A DNA stretch of 64,000 nucleotides from a virus, in IMG/VR virus record IMGVR_UViG_3300020463_002440, positions 32,001-96,000 of that record; one strand, written 5' to 3'. Position 1 is the stretch's first letter. Every line of letters starts with the position of its first letter. A model generated the notes under the pieces. That model searched no databases. It was not told where the DNA came from and was given only the letters and a program-made list of their open reading frames with translations. Both the position numbers and the translations under genes were made by a program. Positions 46,601 to 58,500 of this stretch are shown here, piece by piece.

Positions 46601-49600
46601 ATAATTCAAGAATGTATGATAACCACTTTGTTGTGAAGCATTCCAATAGGAAGTACTTGCTGGATTTATATAGTACCCAGTATTATTTAGATCGTAGAAT
46701 ATCGGTGCTCTAAACGAACCTGATGTTTGTACTAAGTTACGACTATTTTGAATATATGAATCGTATGTTAGTCTCCATGCCTGAGTTGGGAAACTATCGT
46801 TACCGCCAATAGCAGCATACCAACCAGTTTGACCGCTACCCCAACCGCTTGCATACTTATATAAACCAGTATTAAGATGAGTTCTATAACCTGAATTATA
46901 TAATGCAGTTTGGTGAGTTAATGGTAAGTATACATTAGATGTACCAACATTGTAATCTCTGTTTCTTGTTGAGATTGGAGCATTAGTTAAACCACTTAAA
47001 CTTGTTGAATCGTATTTCTGTGGATTATCAACATAGAAGATTGCATTTGAAGTTAATGTACCAGCAAGTGTTAACGCATTTAAGTTTGAAGTACTTGCCG
47101 GGTCAAGATAATAACCAGTGTTTTGACGATCATAGAATATGTTAGCACGGAATGAATTAGATGCATAAGTATTACCATCCATCATTGCTTGGAAAGGCCA
47201 ACCTTGAATACTACCAGTTGCTGCACCGTGTTGACCTACATAGAATCCTGTTGAACCTGTACCGTTATTATTATTTGAGTCAAGGTTAAAGAAGATGTCA
47301 TGATAAGAGTTAAATCTTAAATCATCTGTTACACCGCCACCATTATCTCTTGATGAAATACTGTGATAGTCAGAATCGTTTCCGTAGAATGTAATGAAGT
47401 CACCACGATCTCTCATATTGAGTCTGTCAACTGTGACCGTTCTCATTGAAGCATCACCTTGGCCTGAACCAAAGTAGTATGCTGTATTTTCACGTTCGTA
47501 GAATATGTTAGCTCTTACATCATTCATATACGATACACTAGCAAAGTCACCGTAGTAAGCTGTATTATTTCTATCATAATAACGAGTAGCTCTTATATCA
47601 CCACCAACATATACCGCACTTGTATTATACCAAGCAAGGTAAATGTTGTTTCCGTTTTTAGCGTCTAAATGCAAGTTACCATTTGTAGAAGAAACTGTTG
47701 CATATGATGTTGTCCATCTACCGTTACCGCCTACTGCAAGATATTCGCCCCAACTTGCATTAGGCCCGTGTAATGTTCCACCTCTTACTCTTATTGCCGA
47801 ACCAGATGTTGAATTAAAGTCAGCATAATAACCTGTATCATTTGAATCATAAAAGACTGGAGCTCTTAGTGATGAACCTGCTTGTAAATTATTATTAACA
47901 AATACGTTACCAGAACCTAATGGGTCTGAACCATTATTGATTGACATGACCTGAGTTGCCATGTTATAATCATTATAGAATCTCATACCTTGGTAAGAAG
48001 CATTTGCACCAAACTTAATACCTGTGTGGAATGCAATTCTTAAATCAGGATAAGGGTAAGTCCAAGAACCACCTTCACGGAAGATTGCATAAGCTGTACT
48101 TTGCCCACTAGCAAAATATAAACCAAATTGGTCGTCTTGTGAAACAGCATCGACGTGCGCAAATCTTTGTGCCTTAACAACATTCATTACTGAAGTTGAA
48201 GCAAAGTCTCCGTAGTAAGCAGTGTTGTTTGTATCATAGAAGATAGGTGCTCTTAATGATCCACCAGCAAATAAGTAATTAGGAACATATACAGTATTAT
48301 TTGATCTTGTCTGCAATGTTTCATAACGAGTACCTGCTGTATTCGTATTATAGAATGTCATATAACCGTTAGTGTCAAATCTCATGTAAGCCTGACCATG
48401 AGAAGTATTTGGTCGACCTAAGTAATATTGATTTGTACCACCATTGAGATTATTATCAACATTATAACCGAAGCCTGCACCAGACCAAGTTCTTCCTGGT
48501 TCTGATACCCACATCTGTAATGGTATTTCACCTTGTCCTGCTCCATTATTTGCGGCAGGTAATGCCAATCTTATTGATGTGTTACCATGACCTGCACTTA
48601 CATCTAATGTCTTAGTGCTGTTGGCTGATCTTGTTCCAATTCCTAATCTTAACACCTTACCATTATTAGCAGGATCTAAATAATAATTAGTATCGTTGTA
48701 GTCGTAGAATAATGCAGCTCTTGCATCTCCACCTTCAACATATAAGTTATTACCACCTTCAACTCTAACGTGTGTATCACCTTTACCTACTGAGAATAAT
48801 ACAGTACTTAAGTCTTCGTTGTTGTATATACGAGTACCACCATAGCTTGGCTGAGCACCCATACGAATACCAGTATGCCATCTTAAATCAAGCTTGGTAT
48901 AATTACCACCGTAATTTTCTAAGTTTGTACCGATGTAATAGTTGCCTACAGCATTACTATCTCCACCACCAAACATTAACCTTGTTGAACCAACTGAGTT
49001 ATATGGATTGTTTGAGAAGTTACCACCAATTACAACATAGCCTGCAGTTCTTAATGTATTAAGTGCAGATTCACTTGCTGGGTCTGTATAATACGAAGTG
49101 TTATTTGAATCATAGAAGATTGGAGCACGTGATTGTCCTCTATGCCACATATATGTATTGTTTAATCTATATCTTTCAGCACCGCCTGCTAATAATCTTA
49201 GACCGTAAGTATGAGATGTACCCATACGAATATCCATACCGTATTCAGTAGCTGAACTACGGTTCTTATTAATTACTACTCCCCAATCATTATTTGTGGT
49301 TGCAGTGAAGTAAGCAGTTGCATCATTACTATTTTGTCTACTACCGCCATCGACAACCAACTCTTGCATTGTTTGTTTTACAGTATTAGAATTAGATGCA
49401 GGATCGTTATAGTATGCAGTGTTTCCTCTATCGTAATAAATGTTAGCATCTATACGATCAGCAGTAATATCATCAACTGATAGATCACCCGTTATTGTTG
49501 CGTCACCACCAACAATTAAATCATCGAGTAATTGAAGATCATCAGCTAATAAGTTAGATTCAGCATTACGTCTCTTCAACATAATACCGCCATACTCTCT

Positions 49601-52600
49601 TAAAGCACCACCTGCGTTATAGTTAAGTAATATTCTTATTCTTACATAATGTACACCACCACCATCAGACCCATTATATGGAGTATGAGATGTTGGCATT
49701 GTTGTATGGTTTCTTAATGTTTCCCAGTTTGTACTTGTTCTGTTTGAACCACCAACTACGAAATATGTTGTACCTGTATTACCTGCGATTGGTTTCTTAT
49801 CTTTATCAAATCTCTCAACACCGTAGTATAATAAACCACCAGAGCCTGAAATAAGTCTTGTTGATATTTCACCATATATTTCTTCACCAGGAGAAACAGG
49901 AATATAATTTGAATAGAAGTTTCTATATGCAGATGATCTTAATACATATCCACCTGCGAAAGGACCATCTCCTTTAATATATTCACTTGTAGTTCCTGTA
50001 AGAAAGTTTTCATTAGCGTCAATGTTTTGTATTACCCTTGCTTCCATATAAGGGGTCATATCGAATAGAACAAGATCTGCTCCACCTGAACCGTATGCTG
50101 GGTTCAATGATATGTTTTCATTACCACCATTTAGTTCAAAGTTACCTGCAGAAACTGAACCTTGGAAATATGCGTTACCATTATCGAGATCAATACTTGC
50201 TCTTACATTACCTGAACCTACAAATACTAATTCATTTGGATTAGAAGTACTGAAGTGTGAATAAGCAGGGTTAGTATTACCTGCCCACATAATACCCCAG
50301 TTAGTAGCAGTTTGCCATATCCAATGAGTGTAATCTTGCGCTCTCAATAATATGTTAGCATTACCGTTGCCTGAAGTAGTGAATCCTAGTCTGTCATATA
50401 TACCATTTGTTCTAAACGCAGTACTTGTATTACCTGATCCTTGATTAGAGTAATAAGCAGTATTATTTGAATCATAATAGATTGGAGCACGCATTTGGTT
50501 AATTGCTTCAAAGTAACCGCTTCGAGTTGAAGCCTGTTCTGAACCATTATAATATAATTCTACTTCAGCATTTCTTCTAGCTAGGACTGCCCATTTGTTA
50601 TCAATGTCGTTGTAGATACCGGCATTGTTGGTGCCATCTGACATAAAGTTCCATTGACCATTAATAGAATAACCGGCCCAACCATTTTTAGCACCGCCAA
50701 CTTCAACTGTTCCATAATCACCTGATGCAGCATCCATGTAATATGTTGTTGCATGATTGAAGTAATATCTTAAGGCTTGAACTAAATTAAATCTTGATGT
50801 ATTATTTGGATCTACATAATAGCCTGTATTATTTGAATCATAAAAGATTGGAGATCTTATTTGATTATTAGCAAGGAAGTATCCATTTTCTGTTCTTGCT
50901 TGTTCTACATTGTTATATAGTAATCTGATAGCAGCTTGACGATCTGCATACATAAACCAATGATTATCTACATCGTTATAGATACCTGTTCGGTTTGCAT
51001 TATCGTGCATGAATACAGAACGACCACCAATTGAGAATCCTTCCCAACCACTTCTTCCACCGCCGTCGACCATTAATGAACCATAAGTACCAGTTGGTTC
51101 TGCTAATACAACTGCATTACCATCAAGAGTAATTGTATCCATTCTTGATGAGCCGGCTGGATTTACATAATATGCAGAGTTATCTGAATCATACAATATT
51201 GGTGTATGAATATTTGTATCAACTTTTAGAGTACCAAATATTTGAGACTTAAATGAGTTTCCTGTATATGATCCCCATCTTTGAACTGCTGCCCATGATC
51301 CTGTACCAATTGTTTCTGATAAGTAAATCGGTACTCCGCCACCATGGTCAAACTTATGGAATTTATGAGCCCAGGTATTACTGTTGTAATTACCTCTCAT
51401 CATTAATCCGTTAGTACTTGAGTTTGCACCACCTGCGTTTTCGTTACCAACATTAATATTCATATACTGTTGATAAGAAGTACCTGCTGGGTCAGCATAG
51501 TATGTATTGTCGTCTGCATCGTAATAACGGCTAAAGTAAGCATTGCTACCAGTTACATTACCTGAGAAGTTACCAACTTGAGCATATATGTTAGACCAAC
51601 GATAAGTAGATAAACCTAAATTACCAGCATTATTTTGTCTAGGTATTAATGATCCACTGCCTGCTCCATTTTGTTGTGCAAATACATAATGAACATTATT
51701 TTCTGAAGAATCAAATAGCATTGCCAATTCAGCACCAGTAGTAACTGAATTGTCGGCATGGAATACTTTAATAGAAGCTTGTTGTTTTCCGCTTAATCCT
51801 GGAAGTTCACCGGATTGGTCGGTCATTGTAATGCCGACACCACCACCATTACTTTGTTTTTGTAATTCTATACCTGAGCCGTAAACTTCAAATTTATTTC
51901 TTGCTCTTACTGCTGAATTAGTTACTTTAAATCTTTCAGTACCGTTAGTATCAATTTTAACAGTATCGTTACCTGAGAAACCAATTAAAGTATTTGTATC
52001 TCCACGATGTCTTATATAATCATCAAGATCAATAGTGCTTAATTGTGAGTTACCATCTGGGTCAGCATAGTATGCTGAATTCTGATATGAATAATAAACA
52101 TTACCATAATATGAACCTTGTGTATATACATGTTTATTATTTCTTGAGCGGAGATATGTTGTATCAAGCATATACCAACCGCCACCCCAACCGAATCCTA
52201 ACTCTTCATCTTTAAGGAATGTTGATGTGCCACGACCAATTACAATAGCATCGTCATTACCTGCTAATTGAATTGAACCGCCTATGTGTAATCTGTTTGT
52301 TGTAAGTGCTCCACCAACTACTGGAGTATTATCACCTACCGTATATGTTGGAGCAGTTGAGTTTGCGATCATAACGTTTCCGCTATCATCAACAATTAAT
52401 GCTTCACTTGCACCTGATGTCCAGAATCCCCAATTAGTTCCTGATCCTAAAATGTTATAGATATTTCCAGAACTGTCACCGCGAATCGTTGCTCCGCTTG
52501 CAGCACCATCAGTTCTAAATTCTATAAATCTATTTCCATCATTAAATGGATTACTTCCAGCATCAATTCTATTAAGATACATTAATGCATATGTACCTGA

Positions 52601-55450
52601 ATAGTTACCACTAATTGCTACAGTTGTACTTTGACCTCCAGCTATATCTGCAGGACCTGCTAATGCAATACCTCCGTCTCCACTAGTATCACTATAACGA
52701 GCATAATCAGAAATATTATGAATACGAACACCACCAGCAAATGTTGCTGCTAATCCTGCATCAGCTGGATTTACATAATAGCTAGAATCTTGTCTATCTG
52801 CAAACTTATCTGCAGTGACTGTGCCTTGAACAGTAACAGGTGTATAGAATGTTGATAACGAATTATTAATATCTAAACGAGCATTACTTCCTGTAACAAC
52901 TCTAAAGCTATCGTTACCTGGGAATCCTATATAAGTATCAGTATCACCACGATGTTTAATATATGTATCAATGTCAATTTCTGACATCTGAGAAGCAGAC
53001 GCAAAGTCGCCGTAATAGTTTGTGTTATTACTATCGTAATAGACAGGTGAACGCATTTGATTAGTTGCTAATGCGTATGTGCCATTCACAAGGAATCGTT
53101 GATTTCCACCTGCGACAAATTCAATTGAATTGGCTCCATCAAAATGAATGAAAGTATCAGTATCTCCGTCGTGAATAATCTCACCAACTAAACTGATATC
53201 ATTAACTCTTGATGTGGCTGCAGGATCTAAATAATAAGTTGCGTTTTGTGCATCGTAATATCTTGAAGCATATAAGTTCGGGAATATACCATCAACCGTA
53301 CCTGTAATGTTTGTTCCATTAATTTCAAATCTTTGAGTACCTGCTGTCGTAAAGATTATATTGTCAGTTGAATTAAATCCAAAGTAAGTATCAACATCAC
53401 CGTTATGTTGAATGTAATCCTCAATACCAACACGATTTAATACTGATGTTCCATTAGGATCAAGGAAATAGCTATTGTTATCAGCATCTAGGAATCTTGA
53501 AGCAGATAAGTCACCACTGAATGTACCATCTACTGCTGTAATATTTCCACTTACATCAAGATTACCTGTAATATCTACACCAGTATTTTTAACTAATACT
53601 CTTTGTCCTCCACCCGTTACGATTTCAAATTGATCTGCTGCAGCAAAATTTAAATATGTATTAGTGTCACCATCATGAATGATTTCACCAACTAAGGATA
53701 TATCATTAATAACTGAAGTACCTGCTGGGTCAACAAGATATGTATTATTATCTGTGTCAATAAATCTTGGACCGTATACATCAACCGATGCTGTAACTGC
53801 TGAAGGAGTAATTGTTAATCTATTTGCACCACTTGAACCAATAACGACTGTATCTTCTGCACTGAATCCCATATAGGTATTCGTATCACCATTGTGACGA
53901 ACATAATCGTCAATATCAATAGTATTCATTACTGAATCACCAGCAGGATTTACAAGATAAGAGTTATCATCTCCGTCTACAAATCTTTGTCCAATTACAT
54001 CGGTTCCTGCCGTGACAGTTGTTGCTGCTGATACTGATGTTCCTGCATCTACTGAACCTGCTGTTGCTGTAATGTTTCCAGTTGTTGCTGTAATATTATT
54101 TTGTGCAACAATACTATCGCCTGCTGTTACATCGTCTCCTGCAGTTACATCACCAACTGTTGCTGATATATTTCCTGCGGATGCTGTTATGTTTCCAGAT
54201 GTTGATGTAATATTTTGAGCAGCTGTTACATCGTTATCTGCTTTTACATCTCTGCCTGCTTCAACATCTCTTTCAACTTCGAGATCACCATCACCGTCTG
54301 ATTTCATTGCCCAGTTGGCTGAAGAATTTAAAAATCCTATTTCACCAGCTGCTTGATATAATGTTCTATTGATTCCATTACCATCAAATATGATTTGTGC
54401 AGGACCTGCATTATCTCCAATTGTAAGATCACCTTCAATTGTTATATTACCTGTGGCAGTATCGTCTGCATCACTACGGAGGAATTGAGATCCTTCTAAT
54501 CCATCAACAGTATCAGCATCAAATCCATTTCCTGAACCTTCGTCTGCAGTTGTAATGATTCGACCAATGACTTGAGAGTTTGCCTCCAACTGCCAATAGT
54601 CTGATGTTTCATTCCATACAAGTTTTGCGTTAGCAAGAATGCCACGCTCAACCTCAATACCGCCATTCTCTGTTGGTGTTCCGCCTGTATAATTTGCATT
54701 AAGAGTAATAATATTATCAGAAAGTAATATCTCTTCAGTATTTACATAAGTGGTATTACCTGAAACGGTGAGATTACCATCAATGACTGCATTACCATCA
54801 ACTTGTAAATTTTGTTGTGTTCTAAGCAATGCTTTAAATAATGCACCTTGGTCAACTGTAAGAGTACCATCAATTTGTGCATTTCCATCAACATTAATAT
54901 CTTGTGAGAAAGTAATTGTTCCTGCTGCAGTATCAGCAACATCGGATCTTAAGAATTGGCTTCCTTCTAAACCATCAACGGTATCAGCATCAAGTCCGTT
55001 ACCTGGACCTTCATCAGCTGTTGTAAGAATTCTATTACCTTCAATTGTTGTTGAAGAAAGACCTGTAAAATCAGTTCCTGAATTTGTGAAAGCTAATTTA
55101 TCAGTACCTGCATATTTTATAACAACTCCATTGGTACTATCACCAATAAGAATTGCATTGTCTTGACCAGGATTTGTTATTAAATAATCGCCTGCAGAAG
55201 GATTGCGAACTTGAAGCGAATCAGAATCACCTTCAAATTGTGCAACGATAGTGGAGGCAGATGCACCTCCTGAATTTGTAACTTTAAGTGAAGCGGTACC
55301 GGCCACAGCCTGTGATATCGACGTTTGACCTGTTAGTTTTGATGTTCCTGTGACCTGAAGTTTTTCGCCCGTATCGGTAGTGCTACCTATTACAGCGTTT
55401 TCAGGAGTCAAGAGTCCATTCTTGACTATAAATTTTTTATCGTTTGCCAT
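43607..55450 (-). CDS. Giant modular tail fibre (~3947 aa) with C-terminal intramolecular chaperone (peptidase S74)
   Basis: Start MANDKKFIVKNGL behind GGGGAG; about 26 YD.NN..YY.DP..S linkers; C-terminal YSDRRRKENI..I..ALDKV..LRGV.Y, GLIAQEV..VPEVV plus coiled coil. Confidence 0.88.
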   Translation of the reverse strand: MANDKKFIVKNGLLTPENAVIGSTTDTGEKLQVTGTSKLTGQTSISQAVAGTASLKVTNSGGASASTIVAQFEGDSDSLQVRNPSAGDYLITNPGQDNAILIGDSTNGVVIKYAGTDKLAFTNSGTDFTGLSSTTIEGNRILTTADEGPGNGLDADTVDGLEGSQFLRSDVADTAAGTITFSQDINVDGNAQIDGTLTVDQGALFKALLRTQQNLQVDGNAVIDGNLTVSGNTTYVNTEEILLSDNIITLNANYTGGTPTENGGIEVERGILANAKLVWNETSDYWQLEANSQVIGRIITTADEGSGNGFDADTVDGLEGSQFLRSDADDTATGNITIEGDLTIGDNAGPAQIIFDGNGINRTLYQAAGEIGFLNSSANWAMKSDGDGDLEVERDVEAGRDVKADNDVTAAQNITSTSGNITASAGNISATVGDVTAGDDVTAGDSIVAQNNITATTGNITATAGSVDAGTSVSAATTVTAGTDVIGQRFVDGDDNSYLVNPAGDSVMNTIDIDDYVRHNGDTNTYMGFSAEDTVVIGSSGANRLTITPSAVTASVDVYGPRFIDTDNNTYLVDPAGTSVINDISLVGEIIHDGDTNTYLNFAAADQFEIVTGGGQRVLVKNTGVDITGNLDVSGNITAVDGTFSGDLSASRFLDADNNSYFLDPNGTSVLNRVGIEDYIQHNGDVDTYFGFNSTDNIIFTTAGTQRFEINGTNITGTVDGIFPNLYASRYYDAQNATYYLDPAATSRVNDISLVGEIIHDGDTDTFIHFDGANSIEFVAGGNQRFLVNGTYALATNQMRSPVYYDSNNTNYYGDFASASQMSEIDIDTYIKHRGDTDTYIGFPGNDSFRVVTGSNARLDINNSLSTFYTPVTVQGTVTADKFADRQDSSYYVNPADAGLAATFAGGVRIHNISDYARYSDTSGDGGIALAGPADIAGGQSTTVAISGNYSGTYALMYLNRIDAGSNPFNDGNRFIEFRTDGAASGATIRGDSSGNIYNILGSGTNWGFWTSGASEALIVDDSGNVMIANSTAPTYTVGDNTPVVGGALTTNRLHIGGSIQLAGNDDAIVIGRGTSTFLKDEELGFGWGGGWYMLDTTYLRSRNNKHVYTQGSYYGNVYYSYQNSAYYADPDGNSQLSTIDLDDYIRHRGDTNTLIGFSGNDTVKIDTNGTERFKVTNSAVRARNKFEVYGSGIELQKQSNGGGVGITMTDQSGELPGLSGKQQASIKVFHADNSVTTGAELAMLFDSSENNVHYVFAQQNGAGSGSLIPRQNNAGNLGLSTYRWSNIYAQVGNFSGNVTGSNAYFSRYYDADDNTYYADPAGTSYQQYMNINVGNENAGGANSSTNGLMMRGNYNSNTWAHKFHKFDHGGGVPIYLSETIGTGSWAAVQRWGSYTGNSFKSQIFGTLKVDTNIHTPILYDSDNSAYYVNPAGSSRMDTITLDGNAVVLAEPTGTYGSLMVDGGGRSGWEGFSIGGRSVFMHDNANRTGIYNDVDNHWFMYADRQAAIRLLYNNVEQARTENGYFLANNQIRSPIFYDSNNTGYYVDPNNTSRFNLVQALRYYFNHATTYYMDAASGDYGTVEVGGAKNGWAGYSINGQWNFMSDGTNNAGIYNDIDNKWAVLARRNAEVELYYNGSEQASTRSGYFEAINQMRAPIYYDSNNTAYYSNQGSGNTSTAFRTNGIYDRLGFTTSGNGNANILLRAQDYTHWIWQTATNWGIMWAGNTNPAYSHFSTSNPNELVFVGSGNVRASIDLDNGNAYFQGSVSAGNFELNGGNENISLNPAYGSGGADLVLFDMTPYMEARVIQNIDANENFLTGTTSEYIKGDGPFAGGYVLRSSAYRNFYSNYIPVSPGEEIYGEISTRLISGSGGLLYYGVERFDKDKKPIAGNTGTTYFVVGGSNRTSTNWETLRNHTTMPTSHTPYNGSDGGGVHYVRIRILLNYNAGGALREYGGIMLKRRNAESNLLADDLQLLDDLIVGGDATITGDLSVDDITADRIDANIYYDRGNTAYYNDPASNSNTVKQTMQELVVDGGSRQNSNDATAYFTATTNNDWGVVINKNRSSATEYGMDIRMGTSHTYGLRLLAGGAERYRLNNTYMWHRGQSRAPIFYDSNNTSYYTDPASESALNTLRTAGYVVIGGNFSNNPYNSVGSTRLMFGGGDSNAVGNYYIGTNLENYGGNYTKLDLRWHTGIRMGAQPSYGGTRIYNNEDLSTVLFSVGKGDTHVRVEGGNNLYVEGGDARAALFYDYNDTNYYLDPANNGKVLRLGIGTRSANSTKTLDVSAGHGNTSIRLALPAANNGAGQGEIPLQMWVSEPGRTWSGAGFGYNVDNNLNGGTNQYYLGRPNTSHGQAYMRFDTNGYMTFYNTNTAGTRYETLQTRSNNTVYVPNYLFAGGSLRAPIFYDTNNTAYYGDFASTSVMNVVKAQRFAHVDAVSQDDQFGLYFASGQSTAYAIFREGGSWTYPYPDLRIAFHTGIKFGANASYQGMRFYNDYNMATQVMSINNGSDPLGSGNVFVNNNLQAGSSLRAPVFYDSNDTGYYADFNSTSGSAIRVRGGTLHGPNASWGEYLAVGGNGRWTTSYATVSSTNGNLHLDAKNGNNIYLAWYNTSAVYVGGDIRATRYYDRNNTAYYGDFASVSYMNDVRANIFYERENTAYYFGSGQGDASMRTVTVDRLNMRDRGDFITFYGNDSDYHSISSRDNGGGVTDDLRFNSYHDIFFNLDSNNNNGTGSTGFYVGQHGAATGSIQGWPFQAMMDGNTYASNSFRANIFYDRQNTGYYLDPASTSNLNALTLAGTLTSNAIFYVDNPQKYDSTSLSGLTNAPISTRNRDYNVGTSNVYLPLTHQTALYNSGYRTHLNTGLYKYASGWGSGQTGWYAAIGGNDSFPTQAWRLTYDSYIQNSRNLVQTSGSFRAPIFYDLNNTGYYINPASTSYWNASQQSGYHTFLNYGIGVTGTYTSTRLQLVFAMGAAYRPSSNGASTANMYGIGWSHPNAGSIGGANQLNDHGMLIINNGSFRAAISSRAVFASDIRSPIFYDWNNTGYYVDPAASSQLSAVYANNWFRPQGSTGVYWQDYGYGIRSAGGEGNPYGNISTYNTGRNGWSGYGIGTRWTLMSTEGNNWGMHDNTRSWNFYYNGSYHRFYYGYVYSGESFRAPIFYDLNDTGYYMNPNGDSNWQGLTARGQAMIGLQGHTRNGAISNYGRRPNITSDTNYWTGAKGWGRIDFNTVANWGSGFLDTWSNPGNQPSGTSHWVGVQAYHYSNGSARYGWQMVGGPITNLRFRSSWSGFRAWRTIPMLDENSGNGGSMYAGRYYDSNNTAYYGDFASTSVMNVLDIRGEIYNDGWFRNDNGGRGLYSTPYGRHFYAAGTSYWHLDGGSSSGGLIIYDRYNSSQGSSTGRRGYLYYDSSGFGLLNSSGGWAVRINPGSSYTEIYRNLYVGTDVRAPIYYDRNNTGYYFNGASAHSTRFEGVSNRTMAYISQPGHTRNSGEYYRARPRITSNTDYWTGSMGWGRQDMNVVSTWGSGFIDSWSNPPNQPSGTSHWVGVQAYHYRNSNTSGYGWQMVGGPITNLRFRSSWSGWRSWRTIPVLDENSTNGGSMYAGRYYDSNSTSYYTDPASTSNMNQVRAYVFDFNGTGSNSGRAISSYPYELFQTSGSWSYPYPALRINYHVGLDFGANPSYQGMRFMNDYNSNTVRFQINGGSSYTYANTWLQVGGGGVGIYDGYNGAHFFPNNQTSYGSWAIYGSRSGWYGLSWPQPTWDPHLMFDSNGSGGIYLQGGGRWVYYHSRGNNCLGVGSSATRSGYRMQVNGSLWATGNVVAYSDRRRKENIQTIENALDKVLQLRGVTYTRKLAEWEDERDNSFLSTQMGLIAQEVEPIVPEVVTYDEEDDEYGLDYPKMVGLLVEGIKDQNAIIKSKEETINNMQKDIDILKEMVYNMQSIMENSSNGTN

Positions 55451-55504
55451 TCGGTTCACTCTCCCCAGATAGGCGATTTAAATTATATTGTACTGTTTTA
55501 TTTA

Positions 55505-58500
55505 TCAAACTTTTATTAGTGTAGCAGCAATTTGATAGGTAGTTGCATTAGAACTTGCTGGTGTTGCATTTAATTGCACATTTCCGCTCTGTATTGTAAC
55601 ATCATAAGTTGCCAAACTGCCATTCGTATATATTGTCGCAAACTCAGTTGCTACTGCAGTTGAACCATTATGAACAAGTAATAACTTAGTTATATGCCTA
55701 TTACTTCCATCTGTTGCTGTTATTATTAACTCTGCGCTGTTATATGTTCCCTTATCAAAAGAGAAAATTTCAGCAGCGAATGTAGAGTTTGTTGTCGATT
55801 CATCGGATGTTAAATCAGATGATTCTAAAGAAACTGTATTACCAACCAATGTAGGAACAGTTAAGTTTCCTGTCATTGTATCGCCAGTTACATTTACATA
55901 TCTTGCATCCGCAATATTAATTGTTAGAACTGCAAGATTATTTTTTGTGAATCCTATAACGTGGCCAAACTTATCAAAGTTCATACTCTCAATAACTTCA
56001 GCGTTAGGTAAATCTAATACACCTGTATTCGCAACACTTGAAGTATCGGCATGAGTTAAAACAATGTTAGCAGTTAGAGGTCCACCACCTGTGACACCGT
56101 CTGAACCTGTTACTGATCTATCAGCTGCTTTAAGGAATAACGTGTCTGTTTCGGTTTCTGTATAATATCGGTTATCTAATTGACCGTTGTCTAATTCTGT
56201 TTCTGTGTAATATCGGTTATCAAGCTGACCTGCATCTAATTCTGTTTCAGTATAATAACGAGTATCTAATTGACCTGCATCAAGTAATGCTGATGTATAA
56301 TAACGATTATCAAAATCAACTTGGTCAAGACCTGTAACGTGTCCATAAGTATCAAGTACTACATCTTGTATTACTTGTCCGTTGCTTCCTAATACACTTG
56401 CTTGTGAACTTGTGTCAGCATGATCAAATGTAATTGTTGTTGCACCATTTTGATTAAGTGTAAACGATCCTCCACCGTCAATTGCATTTCCTGCTGTAAG
56501 AGTGATTTGAGAATCAAAAACATTATTTGCTGCGCCTGAAGTTGCCGCGGCAATAATATCAGCTGCATGTTGTCCGTCAAGTAAATCAGCATCAAGTCCA
56601 GTTCCTGTCCCATCTACTGTCTTAATTGCTGTTAATATTTCAGCCGCTGTTTGATCTGCGGTTGCACCTGCTTCTATAAGATCAAGTTTTGCTCCATCTA
56701 CTGAAAGATCACGACCATCAACTGTTCCTGATATTGTGATATCACCAGTAATATCAAGTTCACCAAATTCATGAATATTCGCAAGGAAGTGAGTACCATC
56801 TCCTGCTTCTAAATTTAATGTTGTATTTGCATTATGCCAAGTAAGATTTTCAATACCTTTAACACTTGCTTCTCCTGCTGCTGTGAGTCGACCATCTTCG
56901 TCAACTGTAAATGTTGGTATTGATGTTGTAGATCCATAAGATCCTGCCGTAACCGCAGTATTAGCAAGTTCTGCATTTATACTTATAGAACCATTACCTA
57001 AATCTGTAAGTATTGTAGAACCGCTTCCAGTAACTTTACCGGTCAGTGATACATCTATTTGAGGATCAGGTTTATTTGTTGTATTTGTAAAATCTAAGTA
57101 ATAACTACCTTCTTGACCGTCAAGTAAATCTGCATCTAAACCTGAGCCTGTGCCATCAACTGTTTTAATTGATGTAAGTATTTCAGATGCTGTTTGGTCG
57201 GCGGTAGCTCCTACCTCTATACCATCAAGTTTTGTCCCATCAGTAGCCAGGTCTCTGCCATCAACAGTTCCTGTGACGGTAATGTTTCCTGTGACATCAA
57301 TTCCTGAACCGAAATCAACATTTGCATCGAATTGTGAAATGTTAGCATCATATTGTGTTCCATCACCTGTTATAATTTGATAAGTGTTATTTGCTGTTAA
57401 CCAACTTGTTGAACTGATACCTGCGACTGAAGCAGTAGCAGCTGCAGTAATACGACCGTCAGCAGCAATTGTAATAATAGGAATTTCTGTTGCACCACCA
57501 TATTGAGCGGCAGTAACTCCTGAAGCAGCAATGTCTGTTGTAATTGTTCCGCTTGCTAAATCTGTTAATGTAACTGAACCTGTAACATCACCTGAAAGTG
57601 TAATTGTTGGATCAGGCTTGTTAGTTGTATTTGTAAAGTCAAGATAGAAATCGCTATTTGCCCCATCAAGCAAATCAGCATCTACACCTGAAAAGGCTCC
57701 ATCATTACTTAATACAACATTTATAATATCTGTATTACTTGGTATGTTTGGAGTATTTGTAAAATTAGTAAAATCAAGATAATAAGTTCCATCTTGACCA
57801 TCAAGGGTATCAGCATCCAATCCTGAACCTGTTCCGTCATTTGCTAATATGACATTTAAGATTTCGGTATTTGATAAGTTAACTTCAGCACCTGATGAAA
57901 TGCCATCGAGCTTAGTACCATCTGCTAATATATCACGACCATCAACGGTTCCTGTAACCGTTACATCTCCTACAACATCAATACCTGCACCAAAATTAAC
58001 ATTTAAATCAAAGTCAGATATTTGAGTATGGAATTGACTTCCATCAACCGTTGAAACTTCAAATGTATTATTTGCTTGGTACCAATCAATATCAGATACA
58101 CCTGCGACCGCAATATTTTGTGCAGCAGTTAAACGACCATCTTCATCAACGGTAAATGTTGGTATTTGAGAAGCAGAACCATATGAACCGGCTGTAACTG
58201 CTGTATTCGCAAGTTCGGTGGCAATAGAAATTGTACCTGAAGCTAAATCAGTTAAAGTGGTCGTCCCTGACCCTGTTACCTTCCCTGTTAAACCGACATC
58301 AATTTGTGGATCAGGTTTGTTCGTTGTATTTGTAAAATCTAAATAATAAGAACCTTCTTGCCCATCTAATAGGTCGGCATCAAATCCATTCCCTGTGCCT
58401 TCATCATTTGTAGTAATGATTCTTCCAGTTGTTCCACCAGAAGCAATTTCCCAATAATCATTTGCTTCATTCCATTGTAGAACTACATTTGTATCGTCTC

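Noticed and set aside
56144-56311. 45-bp tandem repeat as a CRISPR array
   Set aside because: In-frame coding repeat with synonymous variation and no unique spacers.
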